Source of the DNA: a virus
Lineage: Duplodnaviria; Caudoviricetes
DNA length: 64,000 bases
IMG/VR virus record: IMGVR_UViG_3300032290_001036
Span: 2,510 to 66,509 of that record
Direction: 5' to 3' (one strand)
Under the pieces are notes generated by a model that made no database searches, was not told the origin of the DNA, and saw nothing but the letters and a program-made list of their open reading frames with translations. The translations under genes and the position numbers were made by a program. Each line of letters opens with the position of its first letter. Position 1 is the stretch's first letter. This document shows positions 39,620 through 50,011 of the stretch, piece by piece.

Positions 39620-41355
39620 TTATCATCGTCACTTTTCTTCAGCCATGATGGCCGACGTTGATTTTCTATGTTTTTTTGTTCAACAATCTCTGGACAACGA
39701 ACAGGAAACTCACGCCACATAACGCCATACCTAAAACTATCAATGGCGTGATCATTACGGGTTCCATTGTCAATTTCGTCTGCATCTTTTGTGTGACTCA
39801 TTGTGTCAGTTAATTGCTTAATAAGGTTAGGGCATGTGTTCCGCACAATTTGCAATTTTGGTTTTAATGACCCGCCTGCAAATTCTGTTGCGCCAAGCCA
39901 TTCCTTAACGCGCGACCAACCCGCTTTTCTGTCTTTGACTGCTCGTACCGCAGGTAAGTTTTTTTCCCACCAACACTCAACTGGATATTCACCGATTCGT
40001 TCCTCTACTTTTTGCGGTGGGAAAGTATTGGCCCAGTCGAAAGCGATAGCCTCAATCTTTGAATTCCAAGGGCCATGCCTATCTTTTTGATTAATTGGTT
40101 GCGCAATTTTGTATTTCTCTAGAAACTCGCAAACACCTTGTGCTTGCGCAGATGATGGTTTACCAGCTTCATACCATTCTCCAAGAACGTATATGTTTTC
40201 TCTGTCATCACTTGCGTATAGAAGAAAACATGCAGGAGCGTTAGTACCATAGTCGTGACTAGCCCAAAACCTCCACCATGGTTGTACATCTACATGGTCA
40301 ACTACATGCCACGGATTACCGTCTTTGTCGTATTCTCTAAACTCAGGGAAGAACCGTCCGCCAACACCAACATCATGCTGGCACTCGCGCAAAAAAGATA
40401 TTAATCCAAAATCCTCAATTTCTCGCTGGCAGATTTCAATACTTTTATGTGCCCAAGTTGCAGTTCCTTTTGTAATCTTCCAACTAGTTCTTCCGTTTTC
40501 TTTTTCAACTGGCACGTATTCAAGTCCAGTAATAGCTGGAACAATTGGAGATTGAATTCTGTTTTGCAGCATATCCAATTCACCACTCAACACACGAGAC
40601 ATAACACTGTTTGAGTGAATTCTGTTTTGCACAAACACTATTGCGCAATCAACGCTTTTTGCTGGCAAGATAGTCGCGGTGATCGTTTCTATCTTTTTTT
40701 CTACTCTATTTACTGAGTCATTTAATTCATCGATGTCATCAAGAATAATCATGTCAGGTCGAAGATGGTCAAGCTTAACGCCACGAGCACCAGTATCAAG
40801 GCCGAAAGCAAGTACATTAAACCCATTAGCAGTACGAAGTTTACTAGCATTCCAACCTTTACTAAAACCATATTGATTGACTGCTCGCTCAATTCCGCAT
40901 CGCTCCATAACTGACGCAATATCACCTACGTGCCTGTTGGCTGCATCTTGCGTAGCGCACACATACAATAGGAATCGACGTGTAGCCTTAACTGCAATGC
41001 GACTACTAATCAATTCCATTGTGGTTGATTTTCCACCGCCACGAAACCAACATTCGATAAGTGCAGGTGGAATAGTTCCAGACCCAATAGATTCGGCCCA
41101 ATTCCACGCTCGTTTGTGATGATCTCCCATTGCTGAACTTGTTGCATGCGGAGCATGTATCTTCAACCATTGTTCATAAGGTAGTTCTGACCCCGGCAGA
41201 GCTACGGCTTTACCACTATCGTAATCTCCAGTTTCTATTACGTTAGTTAGTTCTCCTGATAGTGCCTCTAGTAATGCAAGTGACAGATCTTTGTCTGGGC
41301 GAACATATTGCTTAAATTTACGCGGTACGGTCTTGTTACTATTCAGGGCTGGCAT
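39610..41355 (-). CDS. terL: terminase large subunit
   Basis: Walker A FRGGGKST, Walker B IILDDID, nuclease SHDYGTNAP and DHAIDSFRYG. Confidence 0.95.
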   Translation of the reverse strand: MPALNSNKTVPRKFKQYVRPDKDLSLALLEALSGELTNVIETGDYDSGKAVALPGSELPYEQWLKIHAPHATSSAMGDHHKRAWNWAESIGSGTIPPALIECWFRGGGKSTTMELISSRIAVKATRRFLLYVCATQDAANRHVGDIASVMERCGIERAVNQYGFSKGWNASKLRTANGFNVLAFGLDTGARGVKLDHLRPDMIILDDIDELNDSVNRVEKKIETITATILPAKSVDCAIVFVQNRIHSNSVMSRVLSGELDMLQNRIQSPIVPAITGLEYVPVEKENGRTSWKITKGTATWAHKSIEICQREIEDFGLISFLRECQHDVGVGGRFFPEFREYDKDGNPWHVVDHVDVQPWWRFWASHDYGTNAPACFLLYASDDRENIYVLGEWYEAGKPSSAQAQGVCEFLEKYKIAQPINQKDRHGPWNSKIEAIAFDWANTFPPQKVEERIGEYPVECWWEKNLPAVRAVKDRKAGWSRVKEWLGATEFAGGSLKPKLQIVRNTCPNLIKQLTDTMSHTKDADEIDNGTRNDHAIDSFRYGVMWREFPVRCPEIVEQKNIENQRRPSWLKKSDDDKWV

Positions 41356-42085
41356 TTCCGTCTATTACCTCTGCGTCAATAATGTCGTCATTTGAGCGGT
41401 AGACATTTATTAATTTTAAAACACCAGTATTAATTGCATTCATGGAATCTTGGTCTTTTACATTTGTCTGTATTACTTTTAACACTTGCATTATTAAACT
41501 AAATGCTTGATCAACTTCCAATGTATAAGCTTTACTCTGCATTACTTTTTGTTCTGTTTCAATTAAATCAGAACGCTTTTCAATTAAATCTAAAACATCT
41601 TTATTGGCATTAAATAAATCAATGCCTTCATCAAGCATGTTGCCAAGTGCTTTAAATTCATCATTAAATTCTGGTGTAAATAACAAGCTTTTGCATATAC
41701 CATACTGTGATTTTAAGTTATTGTAATGCTCGACACTTATGCCCTCGCTTGCTGCTTCAGCCCTGATTTCCATTAATGCCGTGATGTACGCAGTGTCATC
41801 ACGCAATGAAAACAAGTCTGGATCGTCACGTAACTCATCGATTTTAGACAACAACGTTGGAGCAACATTTGCAAACCGTCTGCGCTGCGCTGACCAAAGC
41901 CCTGTTTTAAACGACGGGTGATCTATTCCAGTTAATGCCTTTCCGCCGTGATGGCGACAAAATTTTCTTCCTTTAACGATAATGTTGTTACACAAATTTC
42001 CGTCATTAATTACAGCATTGCACAATGGCGTTTTTGAGCCTTTTGGAGTAACCCTATATCGTTCCTCTTCAATATGTGTGTTCAT
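41339..42085 (-). CDS. terminase small subunit-like protein with HGGxSTG-type Cys/His domain
   Basis: CNA...C...FCRHHGGKALTG...KTGLWS; immediately upstream of terL. Confidence 0.7.
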   Translation of the reverse strand: MNTHIEEERYRVTPKGSKTPLCNAVINDGNLCNNIIVKGRKFCRHHGGKALTGIDHPSFKTGLWSAQRRRFANVAPTLLSKIDELRDDPDLFSLRDDTAYITALMEIRAEAASEGISVEHYNNLKSQYGICKSLLFTPEFNDEFKALGNMLDEGIDLFNANKDVLDLIEKRSDLIETEQKVMQSKAYTLEVDQAFSLIMQVLKVIQTNVKDQDSMNAINTGVLKLINVYRSNDDIIDAEVIDGNASPE

Positions 42086-42984
42086 TACTTCTTTCTATAC
42101 TTACCATTGCTGCCAGACAATGCTGTGGTGCCATAATCTTGAAAGTCTTGCTTAGTAATTTTATTAGCAGCTCTAACACCATCCTCAATTGCTCGCATTA
42201 ATTCTGGATTAAAATATCCTCTAACAGCTTGTTGTAACCCTGTCTGTAAAGACGTCTTGCCTTTTAAAGCATCAGAAATTGGTTTTACAACTTGTCGCAA
42301 ATCTGATGCCTTGCCTTTTTCCTGTGGTTTTTTTGATGTCCACTCTTCTCGCAATGGGTCTACAATTTGCGGTCCCGGATGTTTTGACAATTGATCTTGC
42401 GCCCATCCGGTAATATTAGCATCAACAGTATTTATACCGTGGTGTGCCATAGTAGACATTACGCCACGCGCTGTTGGATTTTTGGTAATTAATCCCGTCA
42501 AATCCTCTATTGTTGGCATTCGTCCTCCAATATTTAATTGTTTTATCCAATCATACACATGCGGATCCAGTTGATCACTTTGCACAGCGTCTTTAATCAA
42601 GCCAACATATGGAGCAGCAGCCTTTGCTCCTGCATATACAGGTGGGCCTAAAGAAGGATTAATACGTGCTGCACCAGCACCAGCAAGAGCTGGCATTCCA
42701 TCATTTATTGCTGCGTCTGTCAATAAATTTGTGCCCTCATTTGCCAACGCAGCAACTCCTGCGTTTACTTTGTTGCGGATGCCCGGCTCAGATAACGCAT
42801 TTAATATTTGCGGATATCTATTATTGTAAAACGATGCTCCTTCTTTCATTTTAGGATTACCAAATAACGACACAGCGCTAGATGCTAACAGCTTATTGTT
42901 CGCATTTTGATCTATGGAATTAAGTTTTTCAGGTGTAAGCCCAAGTAAATTCAATAATGCATCAACGGGTAATTTTGGTTCCAT
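42085..42984 (-). CDS. hypothetical protein, possibly virion-internal
   Basis: ATG 42984 with GGAGGA; A/G-rich hydrophobic middle segment. Confidence 0.7.
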   Translation of the reverse strand: MEPKLPVDALLNLLGLTPEKLNSIDQNANNKLLASSAVSLFGNPKMKEGASFYNNRYPQILNALSEPGIRNKVNAGVAALANEGTNLLTDAAINDGMPALAGAGAARINPSLGPPVYAGAKAAAPYVGLIKDAVQSDQLDPHVYDWIKQLNIGGRMPTIEDLTGLITKNPTARGVMSTMAHHGINTVDANITGWAQDQLSKHPGPQIVDPLREEWTSKKPQEKGKASDLRQVVKPISDALKGKTSLQTGLQQAVRGYFNPELMRAIEDGVRAANKITKQDFQDYGTTALSGSNGKYRKK

Positions 42985-42986
42985 TA

Positions 42987-45900
42987 TTAATCCTCCGTCA
43001 ATCCGCTCCACCATTTTTTAGTGCCCGTAATCATAGCGGCTAAAGTTGCCATAAATATATTACGAGATACTACTTGTTTGTTACCTTTTAGTGGCTGCTT
43101 CTTTTCACCCGGTTTCATTTGTTTGGAGTCATCATGTGGCATAGCCTGATCAATCATTGCGCCAGCAACTCTAACATTTTCAGAAGTAGCATGATGCCCA
43201 GTTGCAAAAAGTATAACTGGGTGTTTGCTTTTTTCTTCTTTGTCAGTAATTCCACGCGTAGTTGGTTGAGTTATTTTTGTTTTCCACCATTCGGTATTTC
43301 CAAAGAATTTTTCATAAGCTTTATACGCGTTACTGTTACGGTCAACACTTGTACCTGCTTTTTTCTTTAATGACTCTTTATGGATGTCCGATATTGGAAG
43401 AGAATCAAAATCAACTTCATCCAATCTAGGCAACCTAACAGGACCATCTGTAGTTTCAACTCGTGTCTGCGCAGGTCGCGTTACTACTTTTTCTGCAATA
43501 TTAGCTTTGCCACCAGCTAAAGTAGAAAGTATTTTCCATATGTGTCCATCTTTAGGAACAAGCTTTCCAGCATATTCTGCAAGAGGGTGGTTAGGCGATA
43601 TGCCTAAAGTTTTTAATGCTGGTATTCGCATAAGTTGCGATCCTTTTCCGCTGGTTGCATCAACAACCTCCAGCGCTGTTCTTACACCACCAGCACTCAC
43701 GTGATATGCACCATTCAGTCGCTCTGGCGTTTCTTTTAATATGCGCTGTAAATCTGATCCTTTTTCATGAAATAATCCACCGGGATCATCTTTTGTTGGA
43801 GGTATAAATACATATGAACGCCCCGGAGAACTTACCCATTTACCTTTAACTATATGCGCTACGGGAACAGATTGTGATTTAACACCTTCTACAATTAACG
43901 CTTTTAAGTCTGAGTTTAATGGTTTTCCAGCCTTATGCAACCGTCTTGCTTGCCGTAATACAGCTTTCCATTCATCGCTGTTATATGCAATATAACGACC
44001 CTTTGGAGAAACAAAACCATCAGCATCAACCGTGCCTTCACTGATATTTGCACTACCGAGTCGCCACGTTCGTGGATTTAAATTACGCAATGAAATTACG
44101 GCCTCAGGCAAACCAGCTGCCCGCAGTCGTTTTTGTAAATCAGCCTCGTCTTGTAAGCGAATACGTTCATTTCGCTTAGCAATATCTTCATTTGAAGACA
44201 ATACGTTTGTTCCACGAGCAGAGGCTTCTTTTCTGTAATGTATGTCTAAAGCTTTTTCATCACGTTCTCTTAATTGATCATATGTCGCTCTATCTTCAGC
44301 TGATAATACGCCAAATCCCACATCATGTTGCTTACTTACGTCAGCAATGTGAACACCGCTTTTTGCTGCATCTCTAAATATATTCCAATATCTTGGGCCG
44401 TGTTCCTGAATTAAGTTATATACATCATTTATTGGATTCTCTTTACTTACAGTAACTGGCTTACCATCTGGCAAAGTATAGTCAGAATTGTTAATCCAAT
44501 TAGCCAAATGACCATAGTCTGTTGCTAATTCTTTATTACGTTCTGTTACTTTAGCTCCAATACGCTTGTCGAATTCTTCAAAGCTTAAACCGCCCCACTC
44601 TTGTACTCCACCTCTTGTGTATCCAACGTGTGGCTTACCTCGCGTAAATGCTTTGTCGCCAAGAGTTTCCCACAACATGCGTGGCTCATCTGCTAGTAAT
44701 GCATACCGGCGTCTAATTTCAGCAACTATAGCAGGAGTGGTTTGTTTTCCCCATTTAAAATGTTTATCTTCAGGAAGGTGTACTGCTTTGGGGTATTCAA
44801 TATCACGCAAGTTATCTGCCAAAGATTTTGCAAGTTTTCCTAATGCCTCTTTATTATTAGGATCTGCAATTAAATTGCGAATATGCGTTGTTGATGACCT
44901 AGCGTCATTGTTACGAACCAAGTTTTTGGCAGCAACAGCTCTTTCAAATCTTACTGTTTCTTCTTGCTGTAGCCCATTTAATCTTCCCGCAACAGATTTG
45001 TTTGTTTTTCCAACTACTTTGTATTTTTTCATCAAAGTATTTAAATCGGCATCACTGGCAGGATTTAAATCTTTGTTTGCATCCAAATGTTTTTGCCATG
45101 CATCTGGATTTTCTTTGATGTCTTTTTGCTTTAAGGTAGTAAGTTTATTTCCAATGGCCTCAATTTTGTCCACCATTGGCCTAAACTCATTAAGTACAGT
45201 ATTAATGTTTTTCTTAAACGTTTCTACTACTGGCACAACTTTTGTTGCTTCAGTTTGATTTAATAGCCCCATTTGTTCGCGAGTTTGATATCTTCTGCTA
45301 TTTATGTCGCGTAATTTTGCAACAAGGTTTTTATCGCCTAATTTTGCAAGAGCTGCCTCATACGCAGCCTGTTGTTTCGGAGTTGCGTCATCCGGCAATT
45401 GTGGAAAACTTTCAAGGAACACCTCTTGACGCGCAGTTACACGTCCCGTATTATTGACTTCCTCGGCCCAATAATGAACTTGGCCATCACTGTCCTTTGT
45501 CTTTTTTAATTTTACGTTAGGGTTAATTTTTCCAGTTGTAGGGTCAATAAGCGGAGGCACTTCCCTGCCGGGTGCATCAACCGTTTTTGTAACAAATTTT
45601 GTCGAGTCTTTTGGATCTGGCACTTTAACGGTTGTAGTCGTTCTCGACCATCCACCTGCCAAAGCATGTTTTGTTCCGTCATATTCTTCACCCGAAAATT
45701 TGACATCGCTTGGGCCATAATCTTGAACCCTAATTGGGGTAGTTGGCTTTTTACCTTCTCGCCATTCCTTTTGAACCCGCTCGTAATAATTACGTTTTGC
45801 TTCTGGCGATAAATTATTCCAGTTTGCAAAAGCAAATGGATTTGACCGCTGTAATTTGTCGTTATAATCGCCCTCTGTCATTGGTCCGCCATGATCCCAC

Positions 45901-48900
45901 GATGTTGACGGGTCTCGCAATTTACGTATTTGAGCAACGTTTAATTCAATTTGATTTTGCGAAGTTTTAATTCGACTATCAACTTGCTCTAGTTGGCGTT
46001 CCAGTTTTTTCAAATACTGACGTTTTTCTGCAGGCGACTCAGTAACTACACCAGACGCTGACAATACTTGTGCAGCATTACCTCGTTTTACATTAGCAAT
46101 CTTTGTCAATAGTTCACGTCGTGCTTGAACTAACGGACCCTCACCACCATTTGCTAAAATACTCTTTAACGTATCAGCTTCATCTTCAAGTAACGTTATT
46201 TTGTCCTTGTGCGCTTGAGTTGGGCGCGTTAAAGCTTTAAGCCTATTTAATTCATTTTGTACAGTAGCTAATCTATTAGATTGTTCATAGCCAGCAATAC
46301 TAAGTGAATGTGTTCCAATCCGAGTGGCAAGTTGTTGGTGTTGAACATAATTAAGACGATCCCATTCATTTGCACTTTCACCGGGCGCTGATGTATCAAT
46401 ATGCCGCGCATCCAAAATGCTATCGCCTTCTCTAAAAGCTGCATTATCAGTTATGCCAGAGGAACGCCTATCGTCTGTTTTTTGTTGTCCGTTTTGAGGT
46501 TTAACTATTATGTTTTCGTCCAACGTTTGAGCTTTTATTGCAGCCTGTCGGGCTTTTTGTTGCAACGCTTCATCATCTGGATTTTGCAAAGCTTTCATTT
46601 TTGCCCATGCATAATCAATAATTGCTTGCTTAGCCGCTCCAAAACGTGAATCTGGATCGCTTGGTAGTTTTAAATCTTCTGGTATTTCGGGAGAATTTTT
46701 TTCTTGAAAATGTTTAGCAAAAATCTTATCAACGTGTTTACCAATGCTGTCAGTAAACGTACTCATGACATCGTTAATGTTTGTTGTTGGCTTGCCGTTT
46801 GCATCTGTGCCAACATTAATTTTTTTTGCAGACTCTTCAATTATGCGTTCAATTGGGTCAAATAAAAGTGCTTTAGGATCTTGATTAACGACCTTCTGCG
46901 CTTCACCTGCCTTAAAATTACGTTGATTTCTAACAGGAGCTACGCCAACTGTTTTACGTACTGTTGCTACGCCATGATTGCCAGCAATAACACTACTAAT
47001 ACGACGTAGCTTTTGAGGACCTTCTAACGCAACCTCGGCTAATTGGCGAATAAATTTACTTTTATCTGATTCATCTAGGGTAGTTATACCCATACTCTCC
47101 AAATACTGCCTAACCGTTGGGTCTTCATCTGCAATGTTATATAAATGACGTGCTGTTTGTTCAAATTGTGTTCTGAATTGTGATGGACTCATATTAATAT
47201 CAGTAACAACTTGATCTTTTACTGCCGTTGTGTTTCCGGGATCATGAGTATCGCGAATGTTTTTAAGCATTTTTGCGATCTCGCTACGGTATTGTGAATC
47301 TTCCGCTGCAAATCCAAACATTTGTCCAATTTGCACGCGCTTGCTTTCATTAGACGCATGCAATTTTGTTGGTGACCACCAGTTTGGCGTCCCATCACTA
47401 CCTAACGCAAATGGAGTCCATGAATCGGCAAAATTACTACCGGATGTTGATGCGCGACGTAATCCTTGTTGTGCAGAACCTAAATAATCGCCTAATACGG
47501 TACGTCTACTAGCAAGGGCACGTGATACATCTGGATTTGTTGTGAATGTTTGATTTTGAATTTCAGATAATTTGTCAAACAGTCGCGTAACAGAACTCAT
47601 TACAACTCCACCTAATGTGGCTGTATTTTTTCTGCCAGTAGCTACAGGCACTGTATTGCCATTTTCATCTACATCAATGACTTTTGTGAGTTCGCCAAAG
47701 CGCATTAATGCACCTTGAACGTTAGCACCAGCTGCGGACATTCGCGCAGCATCTTTAAATTGCTGTATTTGTTGCGGTAATTTAAATCCAGCTTCCGACG
47801 CAAGCGCATTTAAATCTGCGTCAGATAAATTTAAACCAGCAAGTAATGTTCCTGTAAATGTAGGGCGATTTCCAAAGCTACCATATCCTTTAACTCTGTT
47901 ATTTGATTGGCCTTGTGTTTGATCTATTTCTGCTTGCGATAATTGTCCCTCACCTGTTACGGATGGCTCAAATGTGTGTTGTCCATATTCTCCAGCATAA
48001 CTAACAGGCGTCTTACTTGTGGCACCTAAAAACGTCGCTAAAAATTTTGGACTAGCATGAATGCCCATTTCCTCCGCTGCTTTTTTTACTGTTTCTGCAT
48101 TAACGTCTCCACCAGATTGACGAATAGCTTCAACAAAATTTTGCATAACGCGAGCATACGCATTAGTGTCTTTTGTGTATTGACCGCGTTCTGCTGCGCT
48201 TCCGCGTGTTTCACTTTTTAATGGAATTCCGCTAGGCCTTAATGCTGATTGAACGTACTGACCAACATTAAATAATCCACCAAAGTTACGTGTATCGTCG
48301 TCAGTAAGACCGCGATTTCGTTCATCTAAATCTGATTGAGCATTACGTAAAGCTGTTCCATATTGATCTCGGCGTGTTGTTACTGCTGGATCTTCTCCTT
48401 CTTGTGGAGCACCAATTCCAGCTAATGTATCTCTTCCACGAGTAACTCTGTCGGTCAATTCTTTTGTGTCGGTTGAATGTATTCCAATTCGACGCAAAAA
48501 TTCTTTTCCTTGATCGGTATCCCAAGCACCAATGGAATCTAATTTGTCATTTAATGATTCAACTAAACTCCGACCAACAGGACTGTTCATAAATTCATCA
48601 AGAGTTATTTCTGATGGGTTTTTCCCAACATAACCCTGTATTTCCATTAATAACTTATGTGCTGCTGCTCCAGTGCGTTTTGGGTCCTGCGCAATACTTG
48701 ATACATTGCCATATTCTCTATCAAAAAACGATTTGGCTAATGTTCCTACTGCTCTGCGTTTACTCTCTGCATTTTGCTCGCGAGTTTGTCGTGCACCAGC
48801 TTCTGGTGTCTCCGTGTAATCAGTTGTTGCTTCTCGCCATCCTTGCCGACCTCTGTGTAATTCACGCTTAATTTGATCGTGCTCAATACCAAAATCAACA

Positions 48901-49523
48901 AGGTTGCTATCGTTGCGTGAATTAGCAATTTTTGTTGCTAATTCAGAAGACCGTCTAATTGCATCGGCTTTATCTTGTGCGGTTAAAAATCCTTTTTGAC
49001 CTACACCAGTTGCCGTTGCCCTTGCGTATAATTCGACTGCGTCATGAAACGCTTCTTTAAGTTTTGGATTAGTTAAACTTGCTCCTTTATGTATTAACTT
49101 TTCAATAGGAGTCAAACTTTCGCCTAATGGCACCTCGCGTGTACTTTGACCTCCAATAATGCCAGCCATTGTTTTGCCAGACATTAAACCTTGCAAAATT
49201 TCTTGGGCTTTAGTCTTACTTGCTTGCCACCCAGACTGCAGAGACTGTTGGTCAATCGGTGCTTCTAAATCTTGTTTAAACTGTTCATTTTTTTGCTGAA
49301 ATGGATCCGTGACTACTGGTTGTGGCGTTGCAGTACCTAAATGTGAAAACGTACTAAATAAGTCTTGGATATTACTAACATCAGGACCACCAGCTGGCCG
49401 TGCAACTGGTGGAATTGACGGAGGCGTTACACTAGGTGGAGAAGGCTGAGCTGGCTTCTTTTTATCTGGTGGGGCAATACCAGCTATACCACCCAATAAT
49501 AAACTACTTAAATTTGATGCCAT
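42987..49523 (-). CDS. 2178-aa orphan protein
   Basis: Uninterrupted ORF with GGAGG RBS; charged helical composition; no catalytic motif recognised. Confidence 0.8.
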   Translation of the reverse strand: MASNLSSLLLGGIAGIAPPDKKKPAQPSPPSVTPPSIPPVARPAGGPDVSNIQDLFSTFSHLGTATPQPVVTDPFQQKNEQFKQDLEAPIDQQSLQSGWQASKTKAQEILQGLMSGKTMAGIIGGQSTREVPLGESLTPIEKLIHKGASLTNPKLKEAFHDAVELYARATATGVGQKGFLTAQDKADAIRRSSELATKIANSRNDSNLVDFGIEHDQIKRELHRGRQGWREATTDYTETPEAGARQTREQNAESKRRAVGTLAKSFFDREYGNVSSIAQDPKRTGAAAHKLLMEIQGYVGKNPSEITLDEFMNSPVGRSLVESLNDKLDSIGAWDTDQGKEFLRRIGIHSTDTKELTDRVTRGRDTLAGIGAPQEGEDPAVTTRRDQYGTALRNAQSDLDERNRGLTDDDTRNFGGLFNVGQYVQSALRPSGIPLKSETRGSAAERGQYTKDTNAYARVMQNFVEAIRQSGGDVNAETVKKAAEEMGIHASPKFLATFLGATSKTPVSYAGEYGQHTFEPSVTGEGQLSQAEIDQTQGQSNNRVKGYGSFGNRPTFTGTLLAGLNLSDADLNALASEAGFKLPQQIQQFKDAARMSAAGANVQGALMRFGELTKVIDVDENGNTVPVATGRKNTATLGGVVMSSVTRLFDKLSEIQNQTFTTNPDVSRALASRRTVLGDYLGSAQQGLRRASTSGSNFADSWTPFALGSDGTPNWWSPTKLHASNESKRVQIGQMFGFAAEDSQYRSEIAKMLKNIRDTHDPGNTTAVKDQVVTDINMSPSQFRTQFEQTARHLYNIADEDPTVRQYLESMGITTLDESDKSKFIRQLAEVALEGPQKLRRISSVIAGNHGVATVRKTVGVAPVRNQRNFKAGEAQKVVNQDPKALLFDPIERIIEESAKKINVGTDANGKPTTNINDVMSTFTDSIGKHVDKIFAKHFQEKNSPEIPEDLKLPSDPDSRFGAAKQAIIDYAWAKMKALQNPDDEALQQKARQAAIKAQTLDENIIVKPQNGQQKTDDRRSSGITDNAAFREGDSILDARHIDTSAPGESANEWDRLNYVQHQQLATRIGTHSLSIAGYEQSNRLATVQNELNRLKALTRPTQAHKDKITLLEDEADTLKSILANGGEGPLVQARRELLTKIANVKRGNAAQVLSASGVVTESPAEKRQYLKKLERQLEQVDSRIKTSQNQIELNVAQIRKLRDPSTSWDHGGPMTEGDYNDKLQRSNPFAFANWNNLSPEAKRNYYERVQKEWREGKKPTTPIRVQDYGPSDVKFSGEEYDGTKHALAGGWSRTTTTVKVPDPKDSTKFVTKTVDAPGREVPPLIDPTTGKINPNVKLKKTKDSDGQVHYWAEEVNNTGRVTARQEVFLESFPQLPDDATPKQQAAYEAALAKLGDKNLVAKLRDINSRRYQTREQMGLLNQTEATKVVPVVETFKKNINTVLNEFRPMVDKIEAIGNKLTTLKQKDIKENPDAWQKHLDANKDLNPASDADLNTLMKKYKVVGKTNKSVAGRLNGLQQEETVRFERAVAAKNLVRNNDARSSTTHIRNLIADPNNKEALGKLAKSLADNLRDIEYPKAVHLPEDKHFKWGKQTTPAIVAEIRRRYALLADEPRMLWETLGDKAFTRGKPHVGYTRGGVQEWGGLSFEEFDKRIGAKVTERNKELATDYGHLANWINNSDYTLPDGKPVTVSKENPINDVYNLIQEHGPRYWNIFRDAAKSGVHIADVSKQHDVGFGVLSAEDRATYDQLRERDEKALDIHYRKEASARGTNVLSSNEDIAKRNERIRLQDEADLQKRLRAAGLPEAVISLRNLNPRTWRLGSANISEGTVDADGFVSPKGRYIAYNSDEWKAVLRQARRLHKAGKPLNSDLKALIVEGVKSQSVPVAHIVKGKWVSSPGRSYVFIPPTKDDPGGLFHEKGSDLQRILKETPERLNGAYHVSAGGVRTALEVVDATSGKGSQLMRIPALKTLGISPNHPLAEYAGKLVPKDGHIWKILSTLAGGKANIAEKVVTRPAQTRVETTDGPVRLPRLDEVDFDSLPISDIHKESLKKKAGTSVDRNSNAYKAYEKFFGNTEWWKTKITQPTTRGITDKEEKSKHPVILFATGHHATSENVRVAGAMIDQAMPHDDSKQMKPGEKKQPLKGNKQVVSRNIFMATLAAMITGTKKWWSGLTED

Positions 49524-49535
49524 CTCAGCCTCCGA

Positions 49536-49796
49536 TTACCTACCGCGATACGCTTTCGTTGCAACCATATGTTGCTTTTTTGACGGTTGAGCAACTAAAC
49601 CGTTTGCTCCTCTGTGCTCAATAGCCTCAGCTCGTCGAATTTTACTTATTGAAGGTTTACCCTTTAAGTTGTGCTCTTTCATTTCCATTGCAGGTAATGA
49701 TTTTGCGCTTACTTTTTTATGGCCCTCCTTTTTTTCAACACGCAATAAATCACGCATAGACAACGAATTAATATGTTTATTCATTCGCCCTAGCAT
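49536..49796 (-). CDS. small basic protein
   Basis: K/R/H-rich; three S-x(5-7)-E-x2-E(G)H units. Confidence 0.6.
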   Translation of the reverse strand: MLGRMNKHINSLSMRDLLRVEKKEGHKKVSAKSLPAMEMKEHNLKGKPSISKIRRAEAIEHRGANGLVAQPSKKQHMVATKAYRGR

Positions 49797-49798
49797 AA

Positions 49799-50011
49799 TT
49801 ACATCATTCCCATAGGAGGCATTCCACCTCCGCCCATCGGAGGCATTCCACCACCACCCATAGGAGGCATAGGCTTTTTTGCCATTACCTTCTTTGTAAC
49901 TTTTCGTGGGGCTGCTTTGCGCTTTACAGGAGCTTTTGCTCCACCCATCATACCTAACATAGCCGACAATGACTTTGCGTTAACTTTTCTTGCTGCCATA
50001 ACATTCTCCAT
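49799..50011 (-). CDS. small K/M/P/G-rich basic protein
   Basis: GGAG RBS; KAPVKRKAAPRKVTKK then MPPMGGGG repeats. Confidence 0.7.
   Translation of the reverse strand: MENVMAARKVNAKSLSAMLGMMGGAKAPVKRKAAPRKVTKKVMAKKPMPPMGGGGMPPMGGGGMPPMGMM
49811..49870 (-). repeat. 24-nt coding tandem repeat (MPPMGGGG, 2.5 copies)
   Basis: cataggaggcat / catcggaggcat / cataggaggcat at a 24-nt period. Confidence 0.9.

Noticed and set aside
7130-49523. Virion RNA polymerase (N4- or crAss-like) as the identity of either giant ORF
   Set aside because: No DxDGD/DFDxD triad or single-subunit polymerase motifs found by eye; EVDFDSL in the 2178-aa protein is incomplete. Structure prediction is still needed to exclude it
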